Of a stretch of 64,000 bases of DNA, positions 36,880 to 48,052 are shown in pieces (positions within the stretch are counted from its first letter, which is position 1; every line of letters begins with the position of its first letter). Source of the DNA: Sarea resinae. Its lineage: Eukaryota. Where the stretch lies: the NCBI GenBank assembly GCA_026026165.1, contig JAPEUD010000017.1:1-64000 (forward strand), written 5' to 3'. The notes under the pieces are model-generated. The model was not told the DNA's origin. It made no database searches and saw only the letters and a list, made by a program, of their open reading frames with translations. Both the position numbers and the translations under genes were made by a program.

Positions 36880-37413
36880 ATGTCAGCCTTTCTCGAAAAC
36901 CTCTTCAACTCCATCTTCACGCCCGGCCCCACACCCACGCTCCTCGTCGCGACCAACGTCTCTTTCGCCGCTCTCCAAGGTCTGCTGCTCATCCTCCTCA
37001 TCGCAACATATAGCGTGCATTTCCTGGCCCTGTCATTCCTCTGCGGCGGCCTCTGGTGGTCTATCAACTGGTTCGTTTCGGAGCTGAGCGCTGCGAACGA
37101 GAAGGAGGAGGAAGCGAAGCGCCTGCGGGGTTTGAGGAAATCGAAGGAGCCACCGTCGACGTCGCTGGCGTCACCGTCTACGAGCACCGGGCCAGCGGCT
37201 GGGGAGGTAAATTCGGGAGATGACACCGAAACGGAGGTGGAGACGGCCAAAGCGGTGCAGGGCGTTCCCACCGGAAGCCAACGACTGGACGTCGGGGACG
37301 AGGATGAGGAGGGATCGTTGTTAAGGAAGAGGAACTCGGGCGATGGGTCGGGCGAGATCAGCACGGATAGCGAGTGGGAGAAGGTCGACGAGGAAGGGGA
37401 GAAGGGGAGGTAG
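36880..37413 (+). CDS. PKR1: ER membrane V-ATPase assembly factor Pkr1
   Basis: FLENLFNSIFTPGPTPTLLVATNVSF plus two TM segments, WFVSEL and a C-terminal STDSEWEKV. Confidence 0.88.
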   Translation: MSAFLENLFNSIFTPGPTPTLLVATNVSFAALQGLLLILLIATYSVHFLALSFLCGGLWWSINWFVSELSAANEKEEEAKRLRGLRKSKEPPSTSLASPSTSTGPAAGEVNSGDDTETEVETAKAVQGVPTGSQRLDVGDEDEEGSLLRKRNSGDGSGEISTDSEWEKVDEEGEKGR

Positions 37414-38216
37414 ATTCCAAAGGTCTGGCACGCGGGGAAGTTTTGGATTTGAGTTGGCGTTGCGCATCTCCCGGCCCAACATACCTCCCGCGCGAGAGCT
37501 TCACGGAGCATTGACATTTACTCTTGTTACATATACCCAGCTCCGAATTCGTCACTACTCTTGGATTGGTACAGATTGGATAGCCACAATCGATTCGATT
37601 TCTGCTCTATAGAACGGATGGAGGTGGACAGAAAGCGGGCCCCACTTTGCTTGTTCAAGTGATTCCTTTGCTCGATAACATCAAGATTGCGGATTGAATA
37701 ATTCGGTGTCCCTGCTCTCCAGCGATCCGTGATCTTTGCAATAGGGCGACACTGGAAAAGACCGCTCTGATCAGTAACACCTTATCATTCTGAAGCCCTA
37801 CTGACTCCCCTCGTCATCGTCACCGTTCACCGCCTCGCGCCAGCCAGAGTCCAAAGACCCCAAGTACCTCCGTACCGCCCACCGTAGCTCAACGCCAAGC
37901 CTTTTGACTTTCCCATCGCGCACAGCTCACATCACACCTCAGTATCAATCAGTCAATCAGTCAATCAGTCAATCTCAATCTCCAATCCAAACGGCTTCAG
38001 CGCTGCACCCTCTACCGCCCCCTCTCCAACGACTCATCACCTCTGTCGTATCTGCCTCGACTCCACCCGTCTCGCCATCCACCCTATCCATATTCGACGC
38101 CCGCGCAACGTTTTCTCGCTCCGACACGACGACTACCAGACCGAGACGGGACTCCGAAGAAGAACAAGAAGAAGCAACGGTCGCAGGAAGCGCCCGTGCA
38201 AGCCGAAGCCGCCAGC

Positions 38217-38927
38217 ATGAAGCTCGTTCGGTATGTCCTTCTAGGCCCTTCCCGTCCTGGCACGACAACCCGTCCATATCACGGCTCTGCCTGCTCTTCT
38301 TCGGCTGCGACCGCAAGACCTGGGGGTTTCGCTGGTCTGTGGTATACGAGAAGTGCAGGCGCTGGAGAGCAAGCAGCGTGGCTGCGCTGTAGATTGGGGT
38401 CACACACACGCGAACGGGAGAGGGAAGAAGTGCTAATGTCGTCGCGTCTGTGTGTTTACTAGGTTCCTGATGAAATGCGCCAACGAGACGGTCACGATTG
38501 AGCTCAAGAATGGTATATCTGCCCTCTTTTTTTGTCACTCTCTCTCTCTCTCTCTCTTTTCCGCTGTCTCCCACCCTCGAGTCCACCACTAACGCACCCT
38601 ACAGGAACGATCCTCCACGGCACCATAACATCCGTCTCCCCCCAGATGAACACGTCGCTGCGCACGGTCAAGATGACGGCGCGCGGCCGCGACCCCGTCT
38701 CGCTCGACACGATCAACATCCGCGGCTCGACGATCCGGTACTATATCCTGCCGGACTCGCTACCGCTGGACACGCTGCTGATCGACGACGCGCCCAAGCC
38801 GAAGAACAAGGCGCGCAAGGAGGTGGCGGATCGCGGGGGCCGGGGCGGGAGAGGGAGGGGTCGGGGTGGACCCAGGGGCGGTGGTGGGGGCAGGGGAAGG
38901 GGCAGAGGTGGCGGGAGGGGCTTTTAG
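38217..38927 (+). CDS. SMD1: Small nuclear ribonucleoprotein Sm D1
   Basis: [29 protein letters not shown]...[21 protein letters not shown] with an RG-rich tail. Introns about 38231-38462 and 38513-38604. Confidence 0.95.
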
Positions 38928-39301
38928 AGCTTTTCTGGTGCTGGTGCTGCTGCTGTGGAGGGGAAGGTCTTCATCTGTCTGTGACGTCTGTTACGTTCTG
39001 TTCTGTTTCCATGCCATCATGTCCCGTCTGGTCGTGCAGCTGCTATAGAGAAAAAAAAAGTGGGAAATGCGTCAAAAGTCTGGGACAACCGATCGATCGA
39101 TCAATCAATCAATCAATCGACCGATCGATGAAACGTTGCCTCTCTCTATCTCTGTGATGAAGATGATGAGGATGATAGATTAGTAAAGAATAGTAACAGC
39201 TCTGCCAAACAAGACCGACAACGCCTCCACCGCCTACCGATGCTAACGGGAGTAAAAGAGATAATAAAAGAGTCAGTGGCCAAGTCAGCGGGGGTTCCCA
39301 A

Positions 39302-40480
39302 TCACTCCCGCCATATCCTAATAAGCTGCAAGCGTTCCCAGCCGCCCTTTCCGCCCGTCTTGCCCACACTCTCCGCACACCACCTCCTGCTCCTCCTCTT
39401 TCTCTTCCTCCTTTTCTCCCTTTTCCCTTTCCCCTGTCCCAAGCCTACGGTGTCGTCTTCTTGCTCCTCACCGCCGGCCCCATCATCACCTTTTTCTTGT
39501 ACTTCCTCGTCGTCCTCATCCTGGCACCCCCACCCCCGTATCCAGGCCAGCACATCCGGGATCTTGTTCTGCGCGCACAGGATGACGTACGCGACGCCGC
39601 GCGGGCTCAGGACGGCGGGCAGCGAGAGGAGCAGGCGGCGCGTGACCAGCATGCCGGCGTCGGGGCCGCCGGCGTAGGAGAGCGAGAGGAGGTGCGAGGT
39701 GGTTTCGAATGTGCTACTACTAGGGGCGACGGTGCTTGTGGTGGTACTCGTGGTGGTGGTGGTGGTGGTGGTGGTGGTGGTGGCGGTGGTTTTGGTTGTG
39801 GGAGAGGAGGAGGACGAGGATGGCGGAGACGGGGGAGATGGCAACGCCGGCAACGCGTCCGTGGGCACGTACGGCGGGTTGAAGACGAGCACGTCGACTT
39901 GGCCGTCTCTGAGCGGGGTTACTAGATCGCCCACGAGCGCGCTCAGGAACAGACCCGCTCCTGCGCCTGCGCCTGCTCCTGCTCCTCTCTTTCTCTCCCC
40001 CTGTCTGCTCTTCGAACGCCCCTCTGGCTCGCTTCCCGGCCCTCCGCTCTGTGCATACCCCGGGCCCGGGACCGTGTCGGCCGTCTCCGCTTCCTTCGCC
40101 GCCGCTGCTGTACTCGCGTCCGAGACGGCTCGCCGGACCGTCTGGCCCGTGGCGCGCGAGGCGAAGGCGTTGGCGTCCGTGCCGAGCGTGAGGATGTCGG
40201 GGCGGCCGAAGAGGGCGCGGGCGTGCGCGGTCAGGAATGCGAGCACGACGCCGGAGCCGGTGCCGACTTCTAGGACGAGTGGCGATGGCGATGGCGATGG
40301 CGATGGCGATGATATTGGCGGGGGAGTGGTTTGCGTTGGCGTCGACAACGGGCCGAAGCGCGCGTGCAAAAACGCCGTCTCAGCCGGCGAGGAGAGCGTG
40401 TCGAGCACGAGATACGAGTCCTCGGCCGGCTCGTAGATGTTCTCGAACGAGACGTGCGAGGTCGAGGGCGTGGGGAGCAT
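39302..40480 (-). CDS. MTQ2: HemK-family eRF1 glutamine N5-methyltransferase (Mtq2/N6AMT1)
   Basis: MLPTP, IYEPAEDSYL..DTL, LEVGTGSGVV, VLVFNPPYVPT, SYAGG and GWERLQL; three low-complexity insertions. Confidence 0.92.
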   Translation of the reverse strand: MLPTPSTSHVSFENIYEPAEDSYLVLDTLSSPAETAFLHARFGPLSTPTQTTPPPISSPSPSPSPSPLVLEVGTGSGVVLAFLTAHARALFGRPDILTLGTDANAFASRATGQTVRRAVSDASTAAAAKEAETADTVPGPGYAQSGGPGSEPEGRSKSRQGERKRGAGAGAGAGAGLFLSALVGDLVTPLRDGQVDVLVFNPPYVPTDALPALPSPPSPPSSSSSSPTTKTTATTTTTTTTTTTSTTTSTVAPSSSTFETTSHLLSLSYAGGPDAGMLVTRRLLLSLPAVLSPRGVAYVILCAQNKIPDVLAWIRGWGCQDEDDEEVQEKGDDGAGGEEQEDDTVGLGQGKGKREKRRKRKRRSRRWCAESVGKTGGKGGWERLQLIRIWRE

Positions 40481-40821
40481 TTTTTGGCTTTGGCTCTCTC
40501 TCTAGGTAATTTATCTCCGCGTCTTTGTTTTTGGTCCTCGGGCTCGGGAAGTTTGATATCTCGTCGTTTTGCTCTTCCCTTTTCTTTCCCGCACGGGCCG
40601 ACCGACGCATCCGCTTGGCTGGGCTTGGATTGGATTGCCAGGTCCGCTATCAGAGATGCCTTTTCAGAGAACCGCTATCAATCGTTTCCTTGCTCTTCTC
40701 CCTTTTTTTGTCCCCCGCTATTTCCCCCACTGTCCTCTTCTCTACCTGCAGAATCTCAGTCCGCGCTCAGACAGAACACTCACGCCCAATCTCAACCCCA
40801 ATCTCATCCGCGATTTCAATC

Positions 40822-40876
40822 CCAATCCACAAGCCAATACACAAGCCAATCCACAAGCCAATCCACAAGTCAATAC
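40822..40876. repeat. 12-bp tandem repeat CCAATCCACAAG x4.5
   Basis: Near-perfect direct copies upstream of MTQ2, each full copy carrying CCAAT. Confidence 0.85.
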
Positions 40877-41268
40877 AGTCGACCAGTAAATATCCGTCCC
40901 TGCGCCTCTCCGCCCCCTCTGTCCCGCCGTCCGTCCCTGCGTCCGTCCGTTTGAATACGGAGCACCAGCTAACAGCCAAGAAAGCAGTCACTCACTCACT
41001 CACTGACTCAATAAATCGCTGCTTTCCCCATGCCCCTTTTCCCCTCTTCTGACCGATCAATTCTAGGATTATGCTGCAGCAGTGTTCATGGCTGCGCGGA
41101 CCTTGCAAGCACTGGACAGAAGTGGGTGGACCGTGGGCCGTGGAAGGGGTTGCGTGCAAATGCAAGTGCAAGGGCAAGCGAGCGGGCGGGCGAGCGAAGC
41201 ACGACGAAGGCGGTGGCAGAATAGTCGTCTACAATACTTTTGATTTTTCGTTGGCAAGGGTGGACCGC

Positions 41269-41290
41269 GGGGTGGGGTGGGGTGGGGTGG
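41269..41290 (+). repeat. (GGGGT)4 potential G-quadruplex
   Basis: Four G4 runs with 1-nt loops, followed by (GAGGC)n. Confidence 0.7.
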
Positions 41291-42111
41291 AGGCGAGGCG
41301 AGGCGAGGGGGGCGGTTACCAATACCACTCTGGTCTACATGACCCCAAACATTGTATCGATAGGCCTTGGGCAGGAAGCAGAAAAAGGGTTCGCATGCGC
41401 CGAATTCTCCCAGGACGGCTAGAGTCAAATTAAAAGTCCTGATGGACTTGATTACGAGCAAATGATTGAGGGAGAGCGAACTTCTTCAGATGCAGTCAGA
41501 CTCGAATATACCATACTAGAGTAAGAAGACTAAGAGAGCCCGGGCTAGAATAACTCCCAAACTCCCAACCTAGCCAGCATTCAGAGATCTATAGAGAAAA
41601 GAAAACGGAGAGTTTGTGCCAAAGACAACATTGAAGCGCAAAAAAAGGAGTCCCGGCTTTTTCCAAGTGTCGAGGGCTCGAAGCGAATGAAAGAAAGCAA
41701 AGTGAAGGTATTGATAATCAAAGACAGATGGAAGACGATCGATATTTTAGACGCCTGGATATATTCCGTCCCCATCCAATTCCATTCACGCCCGTACACC
41801 AAGCCCCACCCTCCCACGCTTCCTTCGTCCCTGATGCCCCCCCTCCACACCCTCAGGACCTTTATCGATCGAGTCTGCTCGCTTCCGTTGCAGTTCATCC
41901 GCTATTCTTGTGTATAGGCACGTGCGGCTGAGCAGGGTAGATCATCAGCCAACGATAGTACTCGATCGATAAAACGAAACGAGCATGTCCGAACGCCAGA
42001 AAAGCCATGATGAATCCAAGCTCCTGAAGAAATAAGGTGTTATGGGGTTTGTACGCTATGAATCGACTGAATAGGCCGGCAGAGCCGGCGAGCGGACGAG
42101 GACACAGTTGT

Positions 42112-44631
42112 TTAGATGCAGGGAAGAAACTATAATACGCTGAGTCAGTAGATGCATTTTCATATCACAATACCACAATCGGAAGCAATGAAAAGGCAAA
42201 ACCCACATTCATGACGATCAGCATCGGAATGTCAAAGACATCCCTCTTCACCGTCCAGCAATAACTGCAATCCACTTTACCATCTCTGTCACCCAGCTGG
42301 TTCATTCCAGCCTCACCCGAAATGTCTGGGCGCTGCATGTGCTGCTGGAAACCATTATTTCCGAGACTACCACGTTTCCCACCCCTTTGGTGCAGCGGTA
42401 CGGAGAACTCGTCATTGCTGTTGGCTAGATGGAGCTGATTATCGTCCGGTCCATTCGTCGGACCTGGATTCGACGCATCCTCTGCAATGGACGGTGGGCG
42501 GGCAAAGTCGTCTTGGGATTGGTAGCGCAAAAGCTTGCAGCGGGTCATGACGGAACCTCTCGAGTCACCAAACGCGAGACGAGCGAAGTCTTCGTAGAAA
42601 TCGACAACGCTGTCGTCATCGAGAAGCTCGGCTAGGAAGACGGGTTGGGGATGCACGGCATTACTGATGTCGCCATCAAGAGCGCCGTCTAATTTTGTGG
42701 TCGCGGCGCCATTGGAGTCGGCATTCCGCGGAGTGTTCATACCGCGCGAGGAACCACCCGACGCGCCGCCCGTGTTGACATTTAGGTTCGGCTCTTTGCC
42801 TAAAAGAATGTCTTTCTTCCAACCGGTCAGAATGCTGAATTCCTTTCCCACGGCGGCAATTTCACCCGTGCGACGACAGACAATAGTGGGGGTGCCGCAT
42901 GCATTGATGAAGTCTTCGTATTCCCATAACGTGCGCTGGAAGCACTTTTCCATGAAGATGAGATCATCGCGATTGAGCGTCTTGGTACAGGAGATAAAAG
43001 AAGGACGAATTGAAGCCAGAGCTTTGGCGATGCGGAGGGTTTTTTGCGGGGAGAAGCGACGTTGGAGGAATGCAGTCAGCTTGTGGAAACCCATCGTGTA
43101 GGAATATGGTTGCTTGACGGTTTCGTAGATGGTGGACGGATCTCTTCTTCGCTTGCCGGCGATGGCGTGGAATTGCAGTCTTGGGGTCAAACCTTTGGAG
43201 TTCATGTTCTGTTGCTGATGCTGCTGCTGTTGTTGCTGTAGTTGTTGTTGCTGGTGCTGGTGCTGATGCTGTTGTTGTTGTTGTTGATGATGCTGTTGTT
43301 GTTGCTGTTGCTGCTGATGCTGTTGTTGCTGTTGAGTCGGCTGCCCTTGGCGGTTGTACATTGGCTGCTGATGGTTATTTGAGTGATAGTAACCAGGTCC
43401 GGTCGGGCTATGCTCAAAACCTGGCATCATGGCTTGTGGGCTAGCTGCGGGACTGGTGCTCTCTAAACTACTTGGCCCGGCTCCAATAGCGTATGCATGA
43501 GGCCGGGTATGATGTTCTCTCCTGTTCAAATAGTCAGTAATGCTATCATTCCTAGAGATAATTCCTTACCTTGAACCGGGGCCTCCTTGGACCTGCCAGT
43601 CACCCCCCATCGACTCCTGTCCAAATATATAATTGGGAGGATTGTGATGTCCGTTATTATAAGTCGATGCACCTGCACCTTGAGGAGCGTAATCGGTTCC
43701 GGCAACACTTCCATGATGCGATCTCATCGGTCCGTTCTCGCCGGGAGGGGTCTCTGCTGCACCAGAGGACATGTGCCCGAGCATTCCGAACTCTAAAGCT
43801 CCATAGTGGTTTCCAAAATTCAAGCTTGAAAGATCAAAATTGAACAAGGCTGGATCGCTAGGATCAAACAGAGGACCCCCGAAAGCATTCTGATTCTGAG
43901 TCGCATTTGATGCTGCTGATTGCGGCACACTCCCAGGCAGGTTGCGCATAGGCGGTGTTTGTTGATTCGCGCCAGCTGGAAAACTAGGAGAGATGGGCGA
44001 TTGGCTGGGGAACGAGTTCGGGTCGATGATGCTTTCTTGCATTGGTGGGGGCATCTGCGCTTGGCCTTGATTCGAAGGATAGACACCATAGGTAGGATTT
44101 CCAGGCTGTCCTGGGGGAAGATACCCTCCTTGTGGATTTAAAGACGAAGGGTCCTGTGCCTGAGGAGGAAGCGCTGGCCCATTTCGTATAGCGTTTATTC
44201 GATTATATTGATTGCCTGCTCCAGGCATTAATGCTTCATTTGGGGCATCATGAAGGTATTTTGCTTTTTTCCGGACTCCATCGTGGCAAGCATCCTGCAA
44301 GCCACGCTTAATACATCTTTGACAGGGCCGTTCATCCCCTACGGTAGTGATCAGTATACGACTAAAGCTATAAGATCGTTTTGTTCAGATGGTCCGACCA
44401 AGACATACCACATGTCAGATGCGCCCTTTGACAAGCAAAGCAAGCTCTCCTGGCCTTTTTCCTTCTAGGCCTTAGAGGGTCTTTGGCATTCGATGCTTTC
44501 TGGCCGTTACCATTTGGCCCGTTGACATCGGCACCGTCGTTTTGCGCCTCCTTCTGCTCGGCCATGTCGTTTGGTTCCGAGTCACCGTTAGGGTCTGGCG
44601 AAGGCGACCCATCCTCCGCTTCTGGGGTCAT
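42112..44631 (-). CDS. ERT1: Zn2Cys6 gluconeogenesis transcription activator with PAS-like domain (Ert1/AcuK)
   Basis: [73 protein letters not shown] and [23 protein letters not shown]. Introns about 44339-44408, 43522-43569 and 42130-42206; poly-Q/H tract at 43205-43335. Confidence 0.92.
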
Positions 44632-45594
44632 AGTCTCTATATCTTCAGATGGGGCTTTCCACGATCGAGCACGAGTCGGCTAGAACGTGCCGCTGCCGAC
44701 GACCCACGTTGCCGGGCTGCAGGAAGCCGTCGATGCTTCCACAGAAGCAGAACCCGGCGCAACGGTTCGTCCAATATGTGCCCTCCACAGGGGGTCGCTT
44801 GAATGTGCGTCTCCTCTCCCCTTCTCGGTCACCGAGTTCGCGCAATGAGATCACGCGGGCCGGGCACGTCAAGACCAAATTGATGATGCGGTGCGACGTT
44901 GCCGATGCGGTTATGCGACCAAATTCGACACCACGTCTGTCACAGCCACGGCGACGCCTCTTTTTTCAGGACGGGGATGAGGATCGATTGATGCCCAATC
45001 GTCGATGGCGCGCTCGTAGTCGCAAGCAGGGAAGTAAAGCTTTTGCCTGTTTCGTTGTTATGGACGCTTGGGGCATGCGGGGTTCGAAGAGTGAGTGACG
45101 GGGGAACCAGGACGCTCGCGTGCTACGTCGCGTAATGAGAGTCTTCATCTAATGCTGTCCGGATGAAGAGTCCCAATGGGCCGGGGATTAAGTTTGGAGG
45201 AGGATGAGAAGGAAGAGGAGGAAAAGAGAATGGCTCAACAGGCAAAGTGCTGCGAATGTCAATAATAGCTTGGCTTTTGGTTGTTGTTCGTCGCAACGAC
45301 TGATGGTTTGAGGCGCAGAGAGCGCAGAGGGTGCAGAGAGCGGATCGAGATTGAATCGGTACAATGGCAAAGTATATCTTCAAAAGTGCGATCGATGATT
45401 CGATAGTGTAAGGCCCTAGACCAGACTCAGACTCTTGTCCCGTCCCCGCATCAAATGCAATATAATTGATGCAGTCGTAGTACCAACCCCACCACGCATC
45501 GAAGACCTGCTATCAATAGAAAACACCCCATGCCTGGAGAGAGAAGGGTAGCGGAAAAGGCAAAAGAGGCAAACCAGCATGAGACACTGGATCG

Positions 45595-45646
45595 TGATGA
45601 TGATGGTGGTGGTGATGATGATGGTGATGATGGTGATGATGATGTG
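45595..45646. repeat. (GAT/GGT)n trinucleotide SSR
   Basis: Intergenic run of GATGATGGTGGT units. Confidence 0.85.
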
Positions 45647-46104
45647 GTGAACGTGAAAAGACATCAGACCATTGACGGCAATTAGCCGCGTCGGCAGCGT
45701 GGCAGCCCACAGGTTGGAAAAACTCAATTATTAGGTTTGGGGCATCATGGAGAGGGAGACATGGGAGCTGGGAGAGACGCACATGAGAGACACGAGGATC
45801 CCATGCTCTCGGCACGGGCACAGGGCGTCATGTACGAAGGACATGCATCCTGATAACTCACCACCATGGTGTTATGATGATATTGCTTCGTACGAAATGC
45901 AGGGTGGAATTCAAATCTTCAGGCATTGGGTCCGGCCACTGGTCACTGCAGGCTACTTTCTACAGACGCGGAGGGGCGACCCTAGGCATAGAGTCAAGGC
46001 TTGCCCTCTCGTCTCATGCTTGTCGCACAGCTGGGATCACCGGCATAAGGCGGCTTACAAACTCATGAGATTGAATGGCTGATGCAGACAGCGACAGCTG
46101 CCGT

Positions 46105-48052
46105 CTATGAAGTCGTGGCATATCTACTGGCTCCTCTAATCTTCTTCCCATAGACGAAGAATATATACCTGCGCACCACATTAGCTTTACCGTTGCCATG
46201 GGACGGGAGGGAGGGAAGTTGCCGTACGGAAATGGTGCCATGGCCACGGCGAGGAAGGCCAGGAGCGACGTCGCCCACTGATATCCCAACTTGTTATACA
46301 CTGGCCCAGTCAGCATAAAGCTTAGATGCACCTGCCGCAGGTTTCAGACTCACTCTGATCCCCGAAAAGTGGGAAGGCTGCTGCGAATGAACTTCTGGCG
46401 AAACTGTTGGCCGCCAATGCGCTCGCTGCATACAGAGGGTAGCTATGAACGAGGAAGGTGAAGACGGCGGTATAAATTAACACCATCCTGTTTTGATCGT
46501 CAGTATGGCTTGCATTAGACACATCTCAAGGATCATGATATCTTACCCCATTCCAAAGATAGCGCTGCCGATAATGGGCACGATCCAATGAACTGAGGAA
46601 TACGATGTCCAGCCAAACCAGAAGAGCCCGATTGGAACCAATATTGCCCCCATTATTGCTGGGGGAAGACGATATTCAGGCTCCGAACCTCCAGGTTCGC
46701 CCCCTTGAGCTTCTCGCTTGCGTACCAGTCTGAGATAATTTCGATGGAAGAAAGGATTTGTCATTATGCCCGCGATCATTCCGAATAGCATGCCCAGAAA
46801 GGTCAGCCCGACTTCGAAGAGTTGGAAGTGATGGTTATGCTGAAAAACGAGCTGGAATGCTCCAAAGAAGAGATAGAGTATGCCCAGCAAAAGGGCCGAG
46901 AGAAGGCATAAGTTGAGGACCATCGGCTCGAAGATCAATAGCTGGAATGGACGTAGACAAGACCAGGCAATAGTCGTTGGAATTGACCTTGTGATCTTCT
47001 CGATGGGAGCTTTCCACTCCTGATTGCCAGTTTCCGCGCGGAGCTTTCGAGCCTTATTCCGAAGGATGACTGGGTGATATGTTTCGGGAACGAAGAGGAC
47101 GATCAGGACAAGCATCGCCCCCGACCAGATTAGCAGGACGTACTGAGTCCACCGCCTGTATCAGTTAGCCCTGACTCTATTCCATTGTTACGGTGTAACG
47201 TTACCATGTAGTGTACTGGCTGATGAATCCACCTATGAGTGGGCCCATCTCCGGTCCGACGAAGGGACTCGCGGTATAGACTGCCATTGGCAATTGAAGC
47301 TCGCTCGAGATGAAGATGTCGCCAACAGTGCCTCCAGCGACGCTGAGAAAAGCACTTCCAATGAAGCCTTGGAAAGAGCGAGCTATGAGCATGGTCTGTA
47401 TGTTCTTGGCTACGGCCGAAGGTATGAGCCATATCAGGAAGAGTGCCAACGATCCTATGTAAACGGGTCGCCTCCCATAGAACTAGGGCTTGCATTAGTC
47501 AAGCCATAGATGTGACAGTGATATATTTACCTCCGACAACGGTGCGAGTAGCATAGGGCCAATGCCCAGCGTCATTACAAATAGAGAGAGCCCGAGGATG
47601 GCGACCTCTTTACTGCAATGGAATTCTTTCGTGATCTGGTCGTATGTCATGGTATAGATAGAAGAAGTGCAAGTCCTGCGCTCAAATCAGTACCGATCAG
47701 ATGAATAATGACGCAACGTTTAGTTTTGAAGATACGATCAGGCTACTTACACGCATACAGAGGTCATTGCCAGTACTGATATAATCAACCACTTCCGTGG
47801 TTTGCTCATTCGCCGAGGGTCCATCGAATCGTTATCGCCGTCCCAGTGGACTTCGAACTGCTTCTCAGGATCGCTTCCACCATTGTTATCCGACACATCT
47901 TGCTTCTCCAGATCTCCAGATGGTGTGTCACCTGGCATGCCATTGGCGTGGCCAGAACTTTTGGACTCTGAGCCAGCGCTCGATGTGTTGTCATGGCCAG
48001 AACTCCGCGAGCTCTGGCTGATCCTTCGGGATGTCTCGTTTGTATCCTCCAT
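46105..48052 (-). CDS. MFS drug:H+ antiporter-1 (DHA1) family transporter, multi-exon
   Basis: VHWDGDNDSMDP...RKW, LAPLSE|FYGRRP, AGGTVGDIF, PETYHPV, PEYRLPP and YPLYAASALAANSFARS; ATG at 48052, TAG at 46105. Confidence 0.9.

Noticed and set aside
40822..40876. Short regular repeats as a CRISPR-like or telomeric array
   Set aside because: No unique spacers, eukaryotic context and not TTAGGG; an ordinary minisatellite.
45513..45821. Poly-His ORF as a metal-binding peptide
   Set aside because: Translation of an intergenic (GAT/GGT)n SSR with a non-ATG start and no other support.
31722..48052. Secondary-metabolite gene cluster (PAD, transporters, Zn2Cys6 factor)
   Set aside because: No PKS, NRPS or terpene backbone gene; the intervening genes are housekeeping and the TF is the conserved Ert1/AcuK.
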